A stretch of 45,030 nucleotides of DNA, counting the filler, from Jimgerdemannia flammicorona (taxonomy: Eukaryota): NCBI GenBank assembly GCA_003990765.1. It is 2 parts of 2 records of this genome, joined end to end, with 100 filler letters (N's around TTAATTAATTAA, not from the genome) between each part and the next. Parts side by side here need not be neighbours in the genome. Positions count along the whole stretch, not along the records: positions 22,569 to 45,030 come from RBNJ01001275.1; 1 more part is not named here. One strand, given 5' to 3'. This document shows, one piece after another, positions 36,536-45,030 of the stretch (the stretch's first letter is position 1; each line of letters begins with the position of its first letter). Under the pieces are notes generated by a model. The model made no database searches. It was not told where the DNA came from and was given only the letters and a program-made list of their open reading frames with translations. The position numbers and the translations under genes were made by a program.

Positions 36536-37109
36536 ATTATATATTCCAAATAGTATTTATAGGTAGATATAGATAGTATCAGATATAATGAAGACTGATT
36601 TCTCACTGATATAATCTGATAGAAGTCTGAGAATAGATCCAAGATAGTATAGTATTTAGCTTCACTTCCAAAAGTAATAAAGATTTCTTGGTAATTACAT
36701 TGAGCTTTCTATAGTCAATACAGAGTCTTGAGGCAAACTCTCCAGACTTACTTTCTTTCTTTGAGATAAGGATAATGAGTGAAGCCCAGGGGCTGATAGC
36801 TTGCTTAATGATACCAACTTCTTCTATTTCTTTGAGTTCTACTCACAGCTATTCTCTGTAGACAGGTAGTATAGGTCTGGCTTTCTGATAGATGAGCTTG
36901 GTATTACTGATATCAACTTCATAGTAGTGCTTGGGTTCTTAATTGTGGATGTCTCTGAAGTCTGTAGAGAGTACTTCTTTATTCTGATATAGAATCTTGA
37001 GAAGTTGTTCTTCTAGAAGAAAATTTTCTCTAATGATATATGTATGCTTATTCTAGTTCTTATCTTTCTTATGCTTGAGTTTAGTAATCTTAGTGACAGT
37101 ATAGGCTCC

Positions 37110-37530
37110 TCTTCCAGTAGATCTAAAGTTTTATTTTCCTCTCTTAGTCTTGATAAGTTCAATGGTCTCAGTAATCTTAGGCTTCTTAACTTTATAGATT
37201 AGCATCTAGTCAATCCTGTCATACTTTTTGACTTTGAATAGAGTAGTGAGGTTGTGATTCCTAACTATAAGAAAGATCTCACCAGTATAATCAGGGTCAA
37301 TGACTCTTCCTTCAACTGAGATTTCACTCTTGGTCAGACTGCTCCTGATCTTGATAATTCCAGCATGGTTCTCTGGTAACTTGACTCCAATTCCAGTGTC
37401 AAGTAGAGTGGTGGTCTGTGGTTCAAAGATAGTATCTTAGATGCTAGCAAGATCTATTCCTACAGCTCCTTTAGTCTCATATTCTGGAATCTTGGCTTTA
37501 GAGTGAAACTTCTTAACCTTAAGAGTGATA
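37110..37530 (-). pseudogene. dut: Best-preserved dUTPase (Gypsy-D), between protease and RT
   Basis: LKVKKFHSKAKIPEYETKGAVGIDLAS...DTGI...IRSSL...RVIDPDYTGEI...YDRID*MLI...KRGK*NFRSTG; one frame, three stops. Confidence 0.92.
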
Positions 37531-38404
37531 TCTAGTTCTTGTTCCTCCTCATCATCACTATCAGCTTAAAGCTCTAGGGGCTGGTCATCTTCTTTGACTT
37601 TCTTTTTTGCTTCAACTACTTCTTGCTCATATCTTTATTGATGAATTTTTCTAACTTTACTAAAGCAGGATCAGTAGTCATTTAGGTATTCAAAGCAGTA
37701 TATTCTAGTATTATGGAGATATCTTCCTTGAGAGATATAGCCATCAATGATCTTGTTATACCACTGTTTATCTGTGAGCTTGATTGTCTTGCTTTTATTC
37801 TTGTACACTAAGTGCATAAAGACTTCTGTATTCTCTTTATCTCTTTTCTCTATATCTGATAGTACTCTTTTATGGATATTGATAGAGACTCATACTTTTC
37901 TTCTTCTATAGTTGATCTGTATCTTCTGAGCATTGAGGTCAATGATAGCTTTGACCTTATAAAGCCATTGGTTACCAATGAGGATATCATAATTAGTAGT
38001 ACTTGTAATGATCACATCTACTGAGATAGTAGCTCCTCTGATCTTGATGGAGACTTCTCAGATCTTGTCTAAAGGGGTAGCTTATGTATCATCTGCTGTA
38101 ACATAGACTATTTTGGTAGATTCTTTAATATCTCAGCCTAGGTGATCAATTGCCTTCTTACTCATAAGGCATTCTCTAGCACCAGTGTCAATAATAGTAT
38201 TAAAAATACAATATTTGATCTGACATTGAGTATAGGCTGAGGTCTTGTACTGATCTTTAGATTTTTTGCCTGAGTCTTCTTATTCATCTTCTTATACATT
38301 GTGAGCTTCTATGATCTTGTACTCTTAGTTCTTAACAGTGGTTGCAAGTCCTGCTCTCAACTGCTGTCTGAAGGCAGGGACTTCTGCTAGTTATCCAAAA
38401 GTAG

Positions 38405-38448
<44 letters not shown>

Positions 38449-38507
38449 GTCACTTGGACTCCGCCTTTATTACCAGTCTATGAATAAATATACATCATTC
38501 CGACCTA

Positions 38508-41500
38508 CTATCCAATCCCCACAGGGGGGCCCCTCCTTACTTCCTCATGAATGAAAATCATCCTTTCACCAACTACCCCCACTCTCTCCCCACTTTGCCC
38601 ACAGATTTTCTCCACCAAGCGGTGCCTCCGACCACCCCGCATCCCCCAACCCAGCCACCAGCCTGTTAAGGTGTCTTCCACAAGCCTATGCCATCGCAGC
38701 AGCCAGTCCCCCAAGCTCTGTCTCCTCCCATCCTCAAAAACAAATAGTCAATGACTGGCCAGCCCCACCCAAATAGCCAAAGCCCAACCTAAAGTAAGCC
38801 ACTCCTTCCCTATCCCCCCTACCAATCTATCCCTCAAGTCCTCCCATCACCCCTGTACTTCATCACTCCTACCCCATACCCCTAAGCGGTCCCCAATTGT
38901 CTGCCAAAAATCCCCCAACACCTCACACTCTCCTAGCCAATGTTCTGGCATCTGTATGTAACCCCCCTCCTGCCCTACATTATGGCACTCCTCACAGTCG
39001 AAGTAACCCCCTACAACAAGGTGCCCTGAGTGAAAATTGAGCATAACATTCCTCCGCAGCATGCACCACCAGACCACCCAGTACTTTGGTGGTAGCCATG
39101 CTCTCACTGCAGCACTCTAGGTCTAAACACCTTGCCAGTTCCACTCTTCACCAATTTCAACTCCTTGCCAACTGCTAGGCCACAGATCCTGGTCTGGTCC
39201 CCTTTGGCATTCCATTCTATCACCAATGTTGAACTCAACTAAAGGAGCACCACCCAGTAGTATATGGTCCCATCTCCACATTACTGGGTCCCAATCCTTC
39301 TCACCTTCATTCCCCTGCCAATGAATACCAATGCGGTGCACTCCTTCTGCAATTCCCCACCAAAATCCTTTATATCGTAGTTGGGCAGTGTTCTGAAGCC
39401 CAACCAAGGAGAGGAGATCACCAGTTGAGCCCCTTGGCAATGCCTGCCTCTCCTATAACTTCTGTAACAGAGGAACCCATCCACCTCCTCTCAACTCCAC
39501 CACCCTCTTCAGCCACCATGCTCTCAAGCAGTGTAACCATTTTGGGAAGTCAACCAGCCCAAGACTGCCTCTTGCCACTAGTAGGGACAAGGTCTCCCAA
39601 CTAATTTGACTCCACCTGCCAGCCCAAATCCATCCCTTCGCTGACTTCATCAATCTCTTCACTACCCAGGCTGGGAAGTCCAGATGATATGCCAGGTACC
39701 ACAACTTTGGCAGCCAGTAGACATTCAAAATTGAGACCCACCCTGCCAGAGAAAAATATCTTCCCCCCCAACTCTGCAGAGCCTCCTTCCAGATTCCAAT
39801 CCTCTGCTCCCACCAAAGCTTGGGCAGAACTGACCCATAGACTGACAAGTAGATACCTAAGTACCGCACTGCTTCACCGGTGGGGACAATTGTTCCTATA
39901 ACTTCCCCTCCCACCAGGCCATTACCGAGCACCATTGTCTCACACTTATGCCAATTCAGCTTAGCTTCAGAATACTCCTCATACCACTCTACAGTCCTCT
40001 TGAGCTCCTCAACATCAGCAATCGAACCCAAATCCACCACCATGTCGTCAGCAAAGGCCCCAACCTTCCATCCTATACCAAAGACAGAGAGCCCCACTAT
40101 CCTCTGCCTAATTCAGTCCATAAGTAGTTCTAGGGAAAGAGCATACAAAATGGGGGACAATGGATCCCCCTGGGGCACCCCCCTTCCCAAGGGGAATGCT
40201 ACCCCTCTATATCCATTACATGTGAGTGCAGCCCTACTCCCTTCCAGTAGGCTGACCATTGTTGACCGGAATTAATGTGGTACCCCCATTCTATCCAAAA
40301 CTTTCTCCAGCCAGACTCTTCACACCTGGTCATATGCCTTCTCCTGGTCCAAGAAAACTAGATGCCCATCTAGTCCACAGGCTCTCGCCCCTTCGATAAT
40401 GCCATGCACTCAGGCAGTGCCATCCCTGATGAGCCGACCACCCACAAATCCCCTCTGCTCAACACCCATGACTTGCTGGGCCACCTTCTATAGTCTCGCT
40501 ACCACCACCTTAGTTACCAACTTTCTGTCCATATCTAGCAGTATTATTGGCTACCAGTTCTTCCAATCCTCCCACCTTCCTTTGTTTTTATAGAGCAGTG
40601 TCACCAGCCCAAGGTCCTGCTCCCCCACCCATCTCTCTGTCTGTAGAATAAGGTTACACAATGCTGTTATCTCTCCCATCACCCCTGGGACTTCAACCAT
40701 TCACTTCCAAAAGTCCCAGGGCAGACCATCCTCCCCAGGTGCCATACCGGATGTTGTCACGGCAAGAACCTGGTGGATCTCATCCTCCTGTACAGGCATC
40801 ACCAGGTCCCCTAGCCCTTCGACTTGTGGTGGGTACCAATCCTCCAATGTTCATTCAATTGTAGCGGCATCTACCCCACCCTCCTCCTCACTCCACAATC
40901 CACTCCATCTCTCCTTCAGCGATCCAAGAATGTCCTGTACACTATGCACTAGTACACCATCAGAGTCCAATACCTCTTCTCACTATTGCTGGACCCACCT
41001 TGCCCTAAGGGCCCTTGTAAGAAGCTTGGAAGGCCTCTCTCCTTTCTCCAGATCCTGCCAGTGAAGATGTGCTGCCAAGCTCTATATCCTTGCCTCTTCC
41101 TCCTCCCGCAGTACCTGTTGAAGTTCTCCAACCTCCATTTTCACCCTCATTAATCTCCAATCTTCCTCTTCCTCCAACATTGTCAGCCTTGTCTACTCCT
41201 CCAGGAGCCTCATCAATCTGGCAGAGGCCCAGCACACTCTTTGTTTTCGCTGCTTCCCTGCCTCCTTGCCAGCCTCCTTCCAGTAAATCCTGGCCATTTC
41301 CTTCATCCTCATCCACCAAGTCCCAACTGTGGCCCCTTCCTGCCTCCAGTTCTCTACCCTCAGTTGAATGTCTTTAGCCCACTCATCCCACTGGGTCTTG
41401 TCATCTAACAAAGAGGAATTGAGGCGCTAATGTCCAGGTCCATCCCCACTTCCCCCAAAGCACCCCTGTCCTAAAAGCCCCCAGTGATCTGACCATGGAC

Positions 41501-42164
41501 ACCATTCCACCTCCAATAATTTCCAAACATCTAGTCCCCAGCAGCAGGCTGTCAAAATCCAGTCGATTCTAGTCCTCAGACTCTCTGCCCAATGTGTATA
41601 GACCCTCCTACTCCCCCAGCACTCCCTTCCAGCATCCAATAGCACACTTAGCCTTTCTACTTCCTCCCATGCCATCAGCCCTCTACTCCTGCTCTCAGCA
41701 CCTCGTCCTCCATCTGTTCTATCCAGCAGTATATTCCTAACCATATTGAAATCTCCCCCAAGCACATCCACTCCAGCCTCCACAAGTAATCCACTCTCCT
41801 ATAAGTCTTTCACCCAATCTACCCTCTCACCCCGTACCACAGGGCAGTAGCAGGAGCCAACCATAACTGGCTCCCAGCCTGCCTAAATCCACTCTCCCCA
41901 GACCAGTCTCTCCCCCCAGCACCACACATTCTGTATCTCCCCTCTGCCTTTCCTAACCAAAATCCCAACCTTGCCCTTCCAAATCGCCACACCTCCTCAT
42001 TCCTTCATCCATTCTAACCTATCAGAGTCATCTTCGTACCGGACATCCTGCAAGAGGAAGAGATCAGCCTCCAATCCCTTCATCCAAGTAAAAATGTTCC
42101 TATGTCGAGAAGCACCCTGTAACCCATTCACATTCAAAGAGAAAATGTTGGTTGTACTATTCAT
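38508..42164 (-). pseudogene. LINE-2 ORF2: APE endonuclease + RT
   Basis: MNSTTNIFSLNV, GGDFN, TRIDWIL, WSDH, LDQEKAYD, GVPQGDPLSPILY, AFADD and RYLG. Confidence 0.92.
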
Positions 42165-42197
42165 ATTGATGATATATGTGATGTCGTCAATCAGCCT

Positions 42198-44220
42198 CTA
42201 CTGCTCCATGCTCATCTCCTCCTGTGCCTTGTCCAAATTATGTTCCACAGCCACCTCCTCCTCTTCTGCCCTCTGAGCCTCCAATCCAGCCAGCAGCTTA
42301 TTCATCTCTCTATTGGCCTTCTCCTCAAACTCCTCTCGGTATTCGATACACACTTCCTGCCAGAGCTGTAGTCCATATCACTTGTTCCAGCAGTATTCAG
42401 CCCTTTCTCCAGCAACAACTGCCATCTCCTCCTCCCTCTCCTTATCCACCTCATACCCTTCCTCCTCCAGGTACACCACAAGAATTTCCACCTTCAATGC
42501 CTTCATTACACTATCCCCCTGCAGTATTTCCGCCCAATGCTCATCACTCATCACTCGCAAGTCCACTTCCCCCAACTCTTCCGCCGCCAGGTTATTCATC
42601 ATCCAGCACATCCAAAGCAAGTTCCCCACCTCTTTCTCCCCCGGAGTCACTGGCCTCCCTCCATCCAACATTGTGGTGTCAGCTCCAGCACTTGCAGACT
42701 CATCCCATACTTCCAGGACATCCACCAGTTCCTCCTCGCCAGCCGCCACCACCTGTCCCCCATACGCCACCTCTGGAACTCCAAATTGCACCCTCTGGGC
42801 CCCTCGCATTGGCACATCTTCCACCACCCTATTCCGGGAAGCTGGGCCATGCCTGATGAGAGAGGTAGGGGTAGGGGAGCCCACCCAGTCCTCCTCCCAC
42901 ACCTCCAGTGTACCATCTGCATATGGGTCCTTCCCAGCCTTCTTGTCCTCCCCCGCCTCCTTCTTGTCCTTCCCCTCCCCCTCGCCAGCCCAGACACTCA
43001 CTTCAGCTCCCCCTGTGCCCTTCACCTTGCTCGCCTCCCCCAGTGGTCTGCTATCCAGCTTGGCCAGCAACTTCTTCTGCCTCTTATGCCCCTGAGCCCT
43101 TTCCCACTACTCCTTGGTCACTCAAATCCACTTTCCATCCACTACCTCCAAGTGTGTCACCTCTTCAAAAGCCTCCCAAGCCTTCGCTCACCTCTCCACA
43201 GCACCCCCCAGCTCTTCTAGTACTTCCAGTAAATCCTCCTCCTCCTCCTCACTCCCCTTCACCCTTGTCACCTTACACAGGATCGCTCCCCAGACCATCA
43301 CCAAAGGCCAATCCCTTGCCTTCCCAGTGGCTTCTTTCACAGCTAGCCGAATCCTCACATCCACATCACCAGTCCTAAGTGAGGTCCCTTCCCAGACCCT
43401 GAACCCAATATCCACCATCTCGCCATATTCTGCCATGAAATCCTCAACTCTCTTCCTTGTCTCCATTGCTGTCACCATCAGCACTCCTTTCACCAGCAGT
43501 TGGACCACCCTGGGGTCCCACTTCAGGCACCGCGCCATTGGAACATACATCTTCCCAACCACCAATCCAACCTTCAGCGCCTCCTCCAGCGGTGCCGCCT
43601 CCTCAAAACCCACCTCCACTCCTTCCAGTCCCTTCAAAAACTTCACAGATGCTGTACCTGCCACCTGCTTAGCGATGAGCCCCAGCACTATTTTTGCCAT
43701 CACTGCTAGGCCCCGGAAGCACAGTGTGACCGCAAATGCCGAAATTGATTTCTTGAGTAATGGGGTCACCGCCAGCCCCGTTACACCATCTGCCAAGTCC
43801 CCTTGTCTTCTAAGCCTCAGCCACTCAGCCTCACCATCAGCCATCACATCTGGATTTTTTTCCAGATCAACAGTCCCAACACCATCAGCAGTCACACCCC
43901 CCCCCAGCCACTACTCCCACAGCTTCACCACCCCCCCTTTCAAGGGCCACACCCCCCGGCACCATTGCCTTCTCAGTCTCCTTGCCCTTCCTCAGCTAGC
44001 CCTCCAGCCCCAACATCTGCTGTCTCCCCTTCACCATCTCTGCGAAGCTTGCTCTCCCAGATCCTGATCCTCCACCACCTCCTCCACCCCTTCTACATCC
44101 ACCCACCAGCAGGCCCCTCATACCTCCCCCCAGGCCTGGACCCCTCCCCACCTACTGCCAGTCAAAAGCACTTGGGCCGCCCTGCCCAGTACGCACCTCA
44201 GGTTGCCTGTCGGTTGCCAT
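42198..44220 (-). pseudogene. LINE-2 ORF1
   Basis: ATG at 44220 (MATDRQPEV); RRM-like VEVGF...LLVKGV...EYGEMVDI...RTGDVDVRI; stop TAG at 42198, 33 nt before ORF2. Confidence 0.8.
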
Positions 44221-45030
44221 GTTGTTAGTCTCTTTTTGCCAAAAATGATGTCGAAAGTGCCTTCCAAAGGTTGTGTAACCTGAATGGTGTCCAAAAGTAA
44301 CATTAACTTTCTATTTCTTGAGGTCCTTGTAAATATCATACTAATGGATCTTGGTCTTATATAGCTTCTGTTTTTTCTTACTTTTACTTTCTCCTGAGAC
44401 TGGAGTAGTATCTTTAATAATTTAGCAGATAGCTTTATCTAACTCCATATCTTAATCAATCTCCTCAGATTGGATCTTACTTTAAATAGTGATGATTGAA
44501 GTCTTTTTTGGTCTTTCAACTGACTTACTGTTACTCTTCTTATCATAGAGCTTGGACTGGATTCTGATACCTTCAGTAACAAGATAGAATTTGGACTCTT
44601 TATAGTATTCTTCATCATCAGTATTACCAATCTCCTTAATGACTACTATATTGATTTATTCTCTGGTTCTGATAGTATTACTTGGTTGGACTCTGTACCT
44701 TATTTCAGTTATGTAATTCTTTACATAGTGGCCTTCTTCTCTGCATTTGAAGTATATGATAGTGTGTTCTTCTATAGTAGCTATAAATCTCTATACTGGT
44801 CTCCTATTGATACTTTATACTTCTCTGACAATGTCACTAAGATATGCAGTCATCTTGGCAAACTACTAGGTGAGTTTCTCTACTGAATTAGCTTTGGTCA
44901 TCTTTGAGATAAGTGGAGATAGTTATCTGTTGAGGACTGTAGTAGGTATGATATTGGTTAGCTTTAGTGGCTCTATCTTGATACCAGTTATCCTTTCTAT
45001 TGAGTCTTCAGCAAAATATTTTTTTTTTTT

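Larger units (their letters stand above)
38409..44287 (-). mobile_element. LINE-2: full-length L1/Tx1-clade element of a second subfamily, less mutated than LINE-1
   Basis: T39 tail at 38407-38445; TSD TCCAAAAGTA(G/A)CATT at 38394..38408 and 44290..44304; short 5' UTR; many CpGs retained. Confidence 0.94.
36680..45030 (-). mobile_element. Gypsy-D: degenerate Ty3/Gypsy, gag(CCHC)-PR-dUTPase-RT (truncated), interrupted by LINE-2; 5' part beyond the contig end
   Basis: Knuckle YFKCREEGHYVKNY ~44712-44756; linker YDIYKDLKK*KVNVTFG|*LAEVPAFRQQL rejoins across the LINE; protease IIDTGA ~38180; RT SPWAS...RLCIDYRKLNVITKK ~36685-36795. Confidence 0.88.

Noticed and set aside
42162..42200. ORF1-ORF2 readthrough fusion in LINE-2 (33-nt in-frame spacer)
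   Set aside because: The TAG is conserved in LINE-1, where the spacer is 31 nt and out of frame, so this is a normal two-ORF layout.
27247..44228. Many long Pro/Ser/Leu-rich plus-strand ORFs (e.g. 43114..44067, 42313..43095)
   Set aside because: Antisense shadows of the G-rich LINE sense strand; the C-rich strand rarely forms stops and no motifs are present.
9025..45030. Frequent in-frame TAA/TAG/TGA suggesting stop-codon reassignment
   Set aside because: Host genes have no internal stops and end in TAA or TGA. The stops in repeats sit at Q/R/W positions and come with missense transitions and frameshifts.

Overview
Eukaryotic DNA with spliceosomal introns, most likely fungal; an early-diverging, Mucoromycota-like lineage is my inference, not proven. 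The window is two contigs (1-22468 and 22569-45030) joined by an artificial 100-nt linker (44N-TTAATTAATTAA-44N), so adjacency across it is not biological. The first ~8.9 kb is CpG-rich and gene-dense. It holds an ANKRD54-like ankyrin gene with a GC-AG intron, head-to-head with the TORC2 subunit SIN1/AVO1, then a type II haloacid-dehalogenase-like HAD gene. From ~9.0 kb on, everything is nested dead retroelements: at least four Ty3/Gypsy elements, two further Gypsy relics, two full-length L1/Tx1-clade LINEs with target-site duplications, and three LINE fragments. Three points stand out. (i) Repeats show a repeat-restricted, transition-only C>T/G>A hypermutation that extends beyond CpG and resembles RIP. 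(ii) Three different Gypsy families each carry a dUTPase, in two positions, including a chromovirus with betaretrovirus-like NC-dUTPase-PR order. (iii) The LINE family has an ORF1 lacking zinc knuckles with a possible SAP/HeH-like C-terminal motif, and a conserved 3' stem-loop. All domain calls come from manual translation and motif recognition; no searches were run.
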